Under the pieces are notes generated by a model. That model was given only the letters and a program-made list of their open reading frames with translations, was not told where the DNA came from and did no database searches. DNA of 63,873 bases, filler included, from Octopus bimaculoides (lineage: Eukaryota), in the NCBI RefSeq assembly GCF_001194135.2. It is 7 parts of 6 records of this genome, joined end to end, with 100 filler letters (N's around TTAATTAATTAA, not from the genome) between each part and the next. Parts side by side here need not be neighbours in the genome. Positions count along the whole stretch, not along the records: positions 1 to 5,631 come from NC_068990.1; positions 5,732 to 26,330 come from NC_068994.1; 5 more parts are not named here. One strand, 5' to 3'. The position numbers and the translations under genes were made by a program. How positions within the stretch are numbered: the first letter of the stretch is position 1; every line of letters begins with the position of its first letter. Shown here in pieces: positions 1 through 10,057 of the stretch.

Positions 1-90
1 ACATATGTTTATGATTATTAATTTAATGTATAAATTACCAATAAACTTTTATAGCATGCTGACTGTTTGATAAAACTATTCTATTATGAA

Positions 91-143
<53 letters not shown>

Positions 144-237
144 ATATATACATATATATATACATACATATATATATATGCATACATACATATATACATA
201 TATATATATAAACATATATAGTTATGTGTATACATAC

Positions 238-270
<33 letters not shown>

Positions 271-364
271 CATATATATATATACATAAACATATATATG
301 CATATAAGAAAATTTAGAAAATGGAGATGTAGCATTGATATAATTTATTCAATGCAAAAATCCA

Positions 365-465
365 ACATATCCTCTTACAGCTATTTCAATTTAGCCTAAA
401 AATTAAATTACAATGATTAAATCATTGTATTAGGCAAAATCTCATCAGTGGGGTAGAAAAGATAT
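365..465 (-). ncRNA. Type I hammerhead ribozyme motif HH1 (core intact)
   Basis: Minus strand: CTGATGA (448-442), stem II GATTTTGCCTAA..TTAGGCTAAATT capped by a TACAATGATT/AATCATTGTA hairpin, then GAAATAGCTGTA (387-376); proximal stem I is weak. Confidence 0.68.
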
Positions 466-556
466 GCCATTTGGTTATTAGGTGTTCTGTTGTCAAATCA
501 TCTGAGCAGATTAGTCTTCTGAGAAGATTTCACATCACTACACCTAATTACCAAAC

Positions 557-661
557 AGTATGTCTTTTCTACTCCTCTGATGAGATTTTACCTAATACAA
601 TGATTCAATTATTGTAATTTAATCTTTAGCCTAAATTGAAACAGCTGTAAGAGAATATGCT
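557..661 (+). ncRNA. Type I hammerhead ribozyme motif HH2 (core intact)
   Basis: CTGATGA 577-583, long stem II 584-637, GAAAC-AGCT-GTA 638-649 (palindromic stem III, GUA site); stem I imperfect with a distal helix AGTATGT/ATATGCT. Confidence 0.72.
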
Positions 662-997
662 GGATTTTTGCAGTGAATAAATTATATTAATGCTACATCT
701 CCATTTGCTAAATTTTCTTTTCAATATTTATAAGCCAAGATTTATATTTAGACTTATTATCTAATGAATATTACTATTCACAAAAAAAATACGAGGCAAT
801 GAACCAGTAATTCATTGGAAATTATTATACCGTAATGAGGCTACTTTAACCTGTATATATACGCACGCTAGATCGCTAGCCACTAAACTTTTTTCTATAT
901 TCTCTTCCTGTTTACTTCTGTGTTTCTTTCTGTGAAAGGGAGTAGGCGCGAAATCGGAGTATATACATATACCACTATGATGATGATGATGATGATG

Positions 998-1034
<37 letters not shown>

Positions 1035-1196
1035 TACATATATATATGCATACATATATATATTTACATATATATATACATATATATACATATATATACA
1101 TATACATGTATATACATATATACATATATATATGCACATTTATATATATACATATATATACATATATATACATGTATATGTATATATATACAGGCA

Positions 1197-1286
<90 letters not shown>

Positions 1287-1357
1287 TACATATATATACA
1301 TATATATATATGCACACACATATATAACACACACATACATATATATAATCAAACACA

Positions 1358-1663
1358 CAGGGGTTGGACAAAATTACGGAAACACCTAGGATCATAGCAT
1401 CATAATTTTGAAATGTCTATAAACCCCTCAAAAGCTTATGTTTTTTTTAATTTATTATTAGTGTTGCTTAATATGTTTTGCTAAAATTACAGTTTCTTTT
1501 CAGATATCATCAGAAATGCTAACGAAAATTCATTAAAATGACAGAGCTATCGGACTTTCAAAGAGGTCAAATTGTTGGTGCTTGTAAGGCTGTTTTCTTT
1601 ATATTTAATTATTTACGTTATAGTTTTATTTACTCCATGTACCCAGACTTTGTGGACACCCTG
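1358..1663 (+). mobile_element. Tc1/mariner relic: Tc1-type left end with transposase start, joined to a different mariner-type TIR
   Basis: Starts CAGGGGTTGGACAAAATTACGGAAACACC; MTELSDFQRGQIVGA resembles a Tc1 transposase N-terminus; ends GTACCCAGACTTTGTGGACACCCTG|TA, a TIR also seen at about 44776. Confidence 0.65.
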
Positions 1664-2026
1664 TATATCCATCCTTTAATGCAGCTCTATCACACCACCA
1701 CTGCTCACATGTCTCACACTCTTTTACTCTTTATCCTCTCATCTCTTCCTCTTTCTCCCCCTCACCTCTCCCTTCCTTCTATCATTTTATCCTGACCACT
1801 AGCTAACACACCTCTTTCTTCACTTGTTTATTTTTTTTCCACTTCCTCCCATTCTTTCCCTGTCTTTGATTTGATCTTATAAACACATTCCCAATTTTTA
1901 AGTCACTCCAAAAAAAAAACACCTTCGATCGAATAACACAGTTTACAAGACTCTATGCTTGGAATGACCAAATATAAACACCATTAGAACTCACATAGAA
2001 GGTGCATGAAACATATATATATATAC

Positions 2027-2270
2027 ACCATTCTGCTTAAATAATGGAACTGCAAATACAATATCCTTATGCATCTCACTTCTATTTTCATTCCTTCACT
2101 TCCCTCTGTATTTCATATCTTCTCTACGATAATTATTACTCGAACATTTTCTCGCACCGTCTCTGGTGAAGGGATATTTAAAATATCCCGGAAACAGCTG
2201 TAAGACCTCTTTATAAATGCTCTGAAAACTATTTACAGCCTTGGATTTTTTTTATCTCATTCTGTCAATT
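2027..2270 (+). mobile_element. Short HHR-containing element (Penelope pLTR/retrozyme-like) between (TA)n tracts
   Basis: Non-microsatellite 245-bp block flanked on both sides by (TA)n and containing HH3. Confidence 0.55.
2159..2206 (+). ncRNA. Minimal type I hammerhead motif HH3 (core A6G, probably inactive)
   Basis: GTCT-CTGGTGA-A-GGGATATTT/AAATATCCC-G-GAAAC-AGCT-GTA-AGAC; stems I, II and III all pair. Confidence 0.75.
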
Positions 2271-2306
2271 CATATATATATATAGGGCCAATTAAAAAAC
2301 ACCCTT

Positions 2307-2641
2307 CAATCATCGGGCAATATGCCGTACTTGTGAAGACTTGTTGAAATAAGTGATAATGTAGTCGTGGCCGATGCCAGTGCCGCCTGACTGGCACTCG
2401 TGCCGGTGGCACGTAAAAAGCACCATTCGAGCGGGGTCGGGCGTGGTTCCCATGCCGGTGGGACGTAAAAAGCAGTCACTACACTCTCGGAGTGGTTGAC
2501 GTTAGGAAAGGCATGCAACTGTAGAAACCTTGCCAAATCAGATTGGAGAGTAGTGCAGCCTACCGGCTCGCCAATCCTCAATCAAACCGTCCAACCCATG
2601 CCAGCATGGAAAGTAGACGCTAAACGATGACGATGATGATA
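2307..2641 (+). mobile_element. SINE/non-autonomous element with RTE-type 3' tail (family 2)
   Basis: GTGCCGGTGGCAC modules, then ...GGAGTGGTTGACGTTAGGAAAGGCAT...AACCCATGCCAGCATGGAAAGTAGACGCTAAACGATGACGATGATGAT; many copies in the window. Confidence 0.85.
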
Positions 2642-2680
2642 TATACATATACATGTATATATATATAGATACATATACAT

Positions 2681-2713
<33 letters not shown>

Positions 2714-3988
2714 NNNNNNNNNNNNNNNNNNNNNNNNNNNNNNNNNNNNNNNNNNNNNNNNNNNNNNNNNNNNNNNNNNNNNNNNNNNNNNNNNNNNNNN
2801 NNNNNNNNNNNNNNNNNNNNNNNNNNNNNNNNNNNNNNNNNNNNNNNNNNNNNNNNNNNNNNNNNNNNNNNNNNNNNNNNNNNNNNNNNNNNNNNNNNNN
2901 NNNNNNNNNNNNNNNNNNNNNNNNNNNNNNNNNNNNNNNNNNNNNNNNNNNNNNNNNNNNNNNNNNNNNNNNNNNNNNNNNNNNNNNNNNNNNNNNNNNN
3001 NNNNNNNNNNNNNNNNNNNNNNNNNNNNNNNNNNNNNNNNNNNNNNNNNNNNNNNNNNNNNNNNNNNNNNNNNNNNNNNNNNNNNNNNNNNNNNNNNNNN
3101 NNNNNNNNNNNNNNNNNNNNNNNNNNNNNNNNNNNNNNNNNNNNNNNNNNNNNNNNNNNNNNNNNNNNNNNNNNNNNNNNNNNNNNNNNNNNNNNNNNNN
3201 NNNNNNNNNNNNNNNNNNNNNNNNNNNNNNNNNNNNNNNNNNNNNNNNNNNNNNNNNNNNNNNNNNNNNNNNNNNNNNNNNNNNNNNNNNNNNNNNNNNN
3301 NNNNNNNNNNNNNNNNNNNNNNNNNNNNNNNNNNNNNNNNNNNNNNNNNNNNNNNNNNNNNNNNNNNNNNNNNNNNNNNNNNNNNNNNNNNNNNNNNNNN
3401 NNNNNNNNNNNNNNNNNNNNNNNNNNNNNNNNNNNNNNNNNNNNNNNNNNNNNNNNNNNNNNNNNNNNNNNNNNNNNNNNNNNNNNNNNNNNNNNNNNNN
3501 NNNNNNNNNNNNNNNNNNNNNNNNNNNNNNNNNNNNNNNNNNGTGTCTCTAAAAATTTCACGGTAATTTTTGGCCATGCGACACCAAAAATCAACGATAA
3601 GAAAGGCACTTACGAATTCATCGGCTAGTGAGTTCAGGCATCTCACCTCAAAGAAATCTATTCCATGTGCGTCACAAATAGTCCCGTATGAAAAAAAGTC
3701 CCGTGTGGAGGGATTACGGTTTAACCATCTCACTTAGAGGTATCAAATATAAAATATACAAGAATAAGGGTAGGGAATCGTCAATTAATAATAGGATTAA
3801 TAATTAATAATTTTGCCAAGTAGTTCAGTATGAAAAAACCTTTATCGGTAAAACCATTTATCATCATAAATATAGCATTGAGTTGCTTCTCCAACATACT
3901 GAAAATTTAGTGTGCCATAAATATCGCCATCCGTTTAGAGAAAAATTTGTAGTTTAGAATCAGTAGTTCTTTGACTGCTATTTCTAAA

Positions 3989-4030
3989 TTTAAAGCCTAA
4001 CCGGGCCCATGAGCCTGGTTAGGCTTTAAA
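3989..4030. repeat. 18-bp stem hairpin inside an unclassified CpG-containing block
   Basis: TTTAAAGCCTAACCGGGC-CCATGA-GCCTGGTTAGGCTTTAAA, one mismatch. Confidence 0.8.
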
Positions 4031-4730
4031 AGGGCGCATTTATTTATACATATATATATAATGAAGTATTGAACTAAAATGAATTTGTGGTATTTGGTTC
4101 CGTCTCGGTTAGATCTTCTTACGGCCAGGCAAATTTTGTCTTTTTCCCATCAAAGGAAGGTAAGTAATTACGGCCAAAATTCTGGGATTGTTATGGGCAC
4201 TAAAACCCTTCAAATGCTCAAAGACAGCAGTTCAATGACAGAAACCAATAAAAGAATAACGACATAATTTTGTTTGCTTAGCTACAAATAATTTCCGTTG
4301 GATGAATATTTTGCTAGTTTAATGCTGAGTCCGAATTGGTTTAAACTTGCGATAGGCTAGGATCATATCCAAGAGGGTGTGGCATCTTTCAAACGCTTGA
4401 ACGACAGGAAAAACTGGAAAAAATTTCCGCATGCTATAACACTTGTCAGAAGTGGGAACAGGATAAACAGAATATAAAACGTGAGATATGTATAAAATTA
4501 ACATAAACTTTCAAAAACGCTTACAATCTCAAACATAAGTTTAATTTGTTATGACGAAAAAGAAAAGGCAGCACCTGACGTTTATATCTTTGCAGTGACG
4601 TTACCGATATAAACGAAGCAATAAAATTTCGGCTGAGAGTCGAAACAATGTTGGTGGTTCGATAGGCGAGTACTGACTGTTTTATTACAGTGTCTGCTAT
4701 TATAATCATAATGTTTTTTTCTAGCATACA

Positions 4731-5135
4731 GGCGTAGCTATGGGATAAGAAGTTTGCTTCCGAATCACATCGTTCCGGGTTCAGTTTCACTGCGTGGAAC
4801 CTTGACCAGGTGTCTTCTGCTGTAGCGTCGGGCCGACCAGAGCCTTGTGAGTGGATTTGGTTGACGGAAACTGAAAGAAGCCCGTCCTATATGTGTTATG
4901 TGCGTGTGTGTGTCTTGATTTACATCTGTATTTGTCCTCCACCAGCGCTTAACAACCGGTGGTGTTGTGTTTACGTCTCCGTAGACTAACGGTTCGGTAA
5001 AAGAGACCGATAAAATATGTACGAGGCTTTAGATAGAATAAGTACCGGGGCCGATTCGTTCGACTAAAATTCTTCAAGGCAGTGCTTCAGTATGGCCGCA
5101 GTCTAATGACCGAAATAAGTAAAGGATAAAAGATA
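4731..5135 (+). mobile_element. tRNA-derived SINE (family 1), full length
   Basis: A-box/B-box-like head GGCGTAGCTATGGG...GGGTTCAGTTTCAC, internal TG/TA tract, 3' half ending CAGTATGGCCGCAGTCTAATGACCGAAATAAGTAAAG; more than ten copies in the window. Confidence 0.85.
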
Positions 5136-5631
5136 CACAATGACGTCACACGTCTAGGATGCAATTACATCAGTTTAAACTGCCTCAGTAATTTATTGGC
5201 TCTATATTTGATAGACTTCAATAAGGAGAAGTTGACTGATAATAATAATAATTTTTTGTTGTGCGCCTTGGGTATGTGCTGTGGTTTGCTGTGGTGCTCT
5301 TATGTTTACTGTATTGAAAGTGTTTTGCGTAGAATGTGTGCAGTACCCAGTAGTGCAATTTTCTGTATGTTATATATATTTGTAAGTCCTGGTGTTTTTG
5401 TTATGTATTTGTCTGAAATTTTTTTTATTATACCTAAGGCACCTACTATGATCGGAATTGTTTTCTTTTAGAGAAACGTTGTCATCTGCTGGTATTGATA
5501 TATCAATTAGAAAGCATTTTTTTCTTCATGATCTTTGACAACTATATCTGGTCTATTTGCCTTAATTTCTCTATCTGTGTGTATTGGCATATCCTAGAGT
5601 ATGGTTGGTTTCTCGTTTTCTGTGACCTTTT

Positions 5632-5731
5632 NNNNNNNNNNNNNNNNNNNNNNNNNNNNNNNNNNNNNNNNNNNNTTAATTAATTAANNNNNNNNNNNNN
5701 NNNNNNNNNNNNNNNNNNNNNNNNNNNNNNN
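5632..5731. other. Artificial scaffold linker (44 N + TTAATTAATTAA + 44 N)
   Basis: Same 100-bp structure recurs at 26331-26430, 33901-34000, 42390-42489, 57859-57958 and 62254-62353; the 12-mer has stops in all six frames. Confidence 0.92.
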
Positions 5732-6050
5732 GTTATGGCTTTATTGATCAATAATTGATCTTTACAGCCGTATGAGCCCTTGCAGCATCCCTTCTGCTCT
5801 TCTGGAAACAGGTTGTTATTTTCCAGGTGTTTACTCAATCTCTGCGATATTATTGCAGTAAAGGCTTTGTAGATCGTAGGGAGACAGGTTATAGGTCTAT
5901 AGTTTTGTGGTTTCTCCGTTTCCGTGGATTTGGGGATTAAGATGGTTTTCCCTTTTGTGAGCCATTCAGGCATTGTCTCTGGATCTGCTATTATGTTGTT
6001 AAAGTTTTCTGCCAGCTTTTTATGCATTGCTGGCAGGTGTTTTAACCAGA

Positions 6051-6051
<1 letters not shown>
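5732..6051 (-). mobile_element. R4/Dong-like non-LTR retrotransposon RT fragment, 5'-truncated
   Basis: WLTKGKTILIPK..NYRPITCLPTIYK..PEEQKG..GCKDQLLINK RT motifs of restriction-like-endonuclease LINEs; 5' junction abuts (TAA)n. Confidence 0.85.
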
Positions 6052-6091
<40 letters not shown>

Positions 6092-7000
6092 TATTATTAT
6101 TATAATTATCATCATCATTATTATTATTACTGTATCACTAGTGGAACCTGTGAATATTTCATAGAATTAATGGTAAACCTATTGGATTATTTCTGAAAAC
6201 TTTATCCAAAAAACCTGAAAGCATAGCCTATCTTGTGCCTGTATGGAAAAATAGTTGCTCATCTGACATTCACTCTTATTTTTCCATTTCCCCATAAACA
6301 AAACAAAAATATCCTGTACACATGATACATTTTGTTAAATTGCATATATCTGCCATGTAAATGAGAGTGAATATTTCATGGAATTGCACTTATGCGGATG
6401 CTTTAAGTGATAGGTGATATAAAAAACTTAGTTCAATTAAAAAAAGATATATACTTTTCATGATCCAGTCACTACCACTACCTCCACCACCACTACCACT
6501 GCCATCACCACCGCCACCGCCACCGCCGCCNNNNNNNNNNCTTTTCATGATCCAGTCACTACCACTACCTCCACCACCACTACCACCACCACCAATTGGC
6601 TTGTATCACTCTCTCAGTACAAAACTAATGCTGTCCATCAGGTAAAGACAGACTAAGACATATTGGCATTAGTGTCACACTGCAGTGGATGGCTGGATGA
6701 TAGATTTGTTTATCTTTGCCCTAGGGTGATGTCACAGGTCACCATCTGGAAGTGATCTTTCATAGACATATATACACATTATTGGATGGCCATTGACTCT
6801 TATGAGTTACTTCTCCCTTTGTTGGGTTTTGTTTTTAGTCCTGCAGCGTGTCCAAAATCACCCTCCTCACTAAGCAAACTTGGTGGGGTTGCCAGTTTCA
6901 TCACTGACAACCTGACCATGCAACAAGTTGTACTGGAGTACATGTTACCTGTAGCATTGCAAAGTGACCTAACACACACTTACTATCAATATATATATAT

Positions 7001-7310
7001 GCTGAGACCTCCTTCGGTCATGACTGACCATGGGATTGCACCTAGAAAGTTACCCTCCCAGGCACAAGTCCTGGCAAAGTTGTTTATGGAAGACCAGCAG
7101 TCACCCATGCATACCAGCCTCCCCTCTCCATGCCACCAAGGAAAAAGCAAAGGCCAATACAGCTTGGCACCTGTGATGTCGCAACTCATTTCTACAGCTG
7201 AGTGAACTGGAGCAACATGAAATAACACAAGACACTGCCTGGTCTGGGATTCAAACTCACAACCTAGCGATTGTAATCTCAATGCTCTAACCACTGAGCC
7301 ATGTGCCTTC
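7001..7310 (-). mobile_element. tRNA-derived SINE (family 4) with CORE-like central block
   Basis: Minus strand TGGCTCAGTGGTTAGAGC (A box), GAGTTTGAATCCC (B box), CTCCAGTTCACTCAGCTGTAGAAATGAG. Confidence 0.75.
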
Positions 7311-7959
7311 ACACACACACACATATGTATGTATGTATGTATATATATATATATATATNNNNNNNNNNNNNNNNNNNNNNNNNNNNNNNNNNNNNNNNNN
7401 NNNNNNNNNNNNNNNNNNNNNNNNNNNNNNNNNNNNNNNNNNNNNNNNNNNNNNNNNNNNNNNNNNNNNNNNNNNNNNNNNNNNNNNNNNNNNNNNNNNN
7501 NNNNNNNNNNNNNNNNNNNNNNNNNNNNNNNNNNNNNNNNNNNNNNNNNNNNNNNNNNNNNNNNNNNNNNNNNNNNNNNNNNNNNNNNNNNNNNNNNNNN
7601 NNNNNNNNNNNNNNNNNNNNNNNNNNNNNNNNNNNNNNNNNNNNNNNNNNNNNNNNNNNNNNNNNNNNNNNNNNNNNNNNNNNNNNNNNNNNNNNNNNNN
7701 NNNNNNNNNNNNNNNNNNNNNNNNNNNNNNNNNNNNNNNNNNNNNNNNNNNNNNNNNNNNNNNNNNNNNNNNNNNNNNNNNNNNNNNNNNNNNNNNNNNN
7801 NNNNNNNNNNNNNNNNNNNNNNNNNNNNNNNNNNNNNNNNNNNNNNNNNNNNNNNNNNNNNNNNNNNNNNNNNNNNNNNNNNNNNNNNNNNNNNATATAT
7901 ATATATATATATACGCACACACACACACTTTTTGATACAACTTCATAATTCTCTAATTC

Positions 7960-9230
7960 TCTGCTGCTCCCATTCTTCCAGGCTTTCAGGCCTGCCTCTT
8001 TGTTTTTATAGCTGTGCCTATCTCATTGTTCCAACAGCACATCTGTAGACTGGAACTTTGCACCAGCCACAAATTTGATTTGTACCCTCAACAGGTTGTT
8101 GTTTCATAGGAACTTATAGTTATTCTCTCTGTTATACAGCTCTTTCTTCTCCTTCTCTATATTTCTGACTTTTCAACAGATCTTTAAACTTCTATATGCT
8201 CCAGATTGGTTAGTGTATCTGAGTCTTTCTACCTCTAAGTCTGATGTCACTAACCTCTAACTTCAGTTAGGTTGTACATTCTTCGTCATACAAATATGTT
8301 ATATTCACAACAAACCAACTACCTTGTTTTCTGGAGAGGATGTAGTCAATCTGGCTTGTGTGGTCACCATATTGACAAATGATCAAGTGAATAGCTGGTT
8401 TCCTGCATCACAGAACTCCAAGAGCCTTTTACCTCCTCATCTCTAGAACCAAATCTTTAGCCTCTATGTACCCAGTGGTTCCCAAAGTGGGCAGGACTGT
8501 CCCTTGGGGGGATAGTGGAAAGACCCAGTGGAGGATGGCTTTGAAGAAAAGTAGGGTGATAATGGGGTGGCCAAAAGTGGGTAAACTCAAGTTTAGAAAA
8601 TAGAGTTTAAAAATCAATATGAAAAAAGTTGTTTAAGAAAGCTAACTTCAAGCAAGAGCAGAGAGCAAAAATAAATAACTAAAAAACTCCAAAAGTTTAT
8701 TGATGAAGCTGGTCATAAAATTTGCGAGAGAATTCCCCAGAAAGATGAAAACATCTGACACTGAACAAGTCAACAATAATGATGGCAATAACAACAGCAA
8801 CAACAAAATGAAAAGAACACACACACACGTGTGCAAGTGTGCACCAAGAAATCCGTTGGAGTGTTCTTCAGCATCTTTATTGAAGTCACTTATCATGTAG
8901 GTTATTTGTCATTGAGCTAAATTTGCAGAAGGTCGTGCAAAATCATTCCTTCCATTCTTCTGCTAGTTCAGATTGAGGAGCATATGCTGAGATAAATGCA
9001 GCTGCAATATTTTCTGAGCCTAGTCTCAGCTTAATTAGCCTGTCACATACTCTGACTGCCTTGCTCCTTCAACAAAAGTATGCCTACACTATTGCTATTA
9101 CCTACCCAGAAGAATTTATACCTTTGTTCTTTTCCCAAGAGGAGTTTGGTTGTACTCAGTACACATCTATTATCCTTCTGCTCTAGCATTTCAAAAATCT
9201 CCTTAGACTTACCTTTCATTGTGTTAAAAA
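7960..9230 (-). mobile_element. Decayed RTE LINE APE-endonuclease fragments, interrupted by an hAT-like piece
   Basis: NTMKGKSKEIFEMLE..KFFWVGNSNSVGILL (9050-9230) and an RLVTSDLEVE-like tract at about 8225-8260; CAGTGGTTCCCAAAGTGGG hAT-type TIR at about 8474. Confidence 0.55.
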
Positions 9231-9790
9231 TAAGTTCCCCACACTTTGGGGATGTGACCCTTTGAGGCAAATGTGTTCATTAGTAGTAAAATGTAGTGGT
9301 TAATTCAGAAAAGAACTAAATTTATAGTAAAAAAAAGACTACTGGAAATCATTACATGCTCTATCTTACAACATTATATAGATAAATGATTTTTAGTGAT
9401 GGCCTTTCTGGAATTCACCTGATGCTGTTATAATAATCAGTACTTCTGAGAGAGTATCATCTACTACTAGGAGCAGCCCCATCAAAATGACTCATTACAT
9501 TCATCTTTCTGATTGCAGTTTTCACTCCTTGAATTTAACTCCTTTTTAAACTAAATATTATCTGTAATCCTTCGTTGTGAGGACTATAATTCTGTGATCC
9601 TCCCTTCCCCTCCCACTCTATCCTAGTCTGTCAACAATACACTAAATTTCCATGCTTCGGTATTCCCAACAGTTATAGTTTCCTTTCTCCCTAAGATAAA
9701 AATATTTATAGCACTATCACTCTAATTTATTCAGAAAATGTGTTTCTCATTTAAGACCCTCTAGGCCTTCCGTACTTCTATTACTTTCCC

Positions 9791-9924
9791 CCACTCACGT
9801 TGGCGTCAGCTATGACGTAGGTGGTCAAGGACCGTAACTCTGATCTTATTTCCGTTTGATGAGATCTTTTATTAAATTCACGTGTCGTCTAGAAATTTCT
9901 CCTTAAATTCATAGGGAAGTTTCT
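9791..9924 (+). promoter_or_regulatory. HSP110 proximal promoter: heat-shock elements plus CRE/ATF half-sites and an E-box
   Basis: cGTCt-aGAAa-tTTCt at 9886-9900 (three units, one mismatch); gGAAg-tTTCt at 9915-9924; GGCGTCA 9802-9808; TGACGTA 9813-9819; CACGTG 9879-9884. Confidence 0.7.
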
Positions 9925-10057
9925 TCATGGGAGACGCATTCAGATAGATATTTTATAGTGTAAAAAGGATTTATTTTATTTGTTTTTGCACTTGGTCCAC
10001 TTTCTCTGTATTACCTCTATTATAATTCCATTTACAAACTAGTGACTTTTAAAAAAA

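Larger units (their letters stand above)
306..719. repeat. 414-bp imperfect fold-back palindrome (about 205-bp arms, 4-nt loop TTAG) carrying one hammerhead per strand
   Basis: Left arm AAGAAAATTTAGAAAATGGAGATGTAGCATTG...ATCATCTGAGCAGA matches the reverse complement of the right arm TCTTCTGAGAAGAT...ATGCTACATCTCCATTTGCTAAATTTTCTT with scattered substitutions; left end abuts a (TA)n/(CATA)n tract. Confidence 0.93.

Noticed and set aside
35-1395. Long Y/I/H/C-rich ORFs here and at about 33.4, 36.1, 41, 56.2 and 60.7 kb
   Set aside because: Translations of (TA)n, (CATA)n and (TG)n microsatellites; no protein signal
1485-1520. Minus-strand CTGATGA-TATCT-GAAA; similar string at about 11691 in the HSP110 CDS
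   Set aside because: No stem II or stem I pairing; chance match
2582-3733. Large ORFs spanning N runs (also about 7.0-8.0, 41, 52, 53.4 kb)
   Set aside because: Length comes from assembly gaps
4731-4810. tRNA genes
   Set aside because: A/B boxes belong to SINE heads; no complete cloverleaf seen
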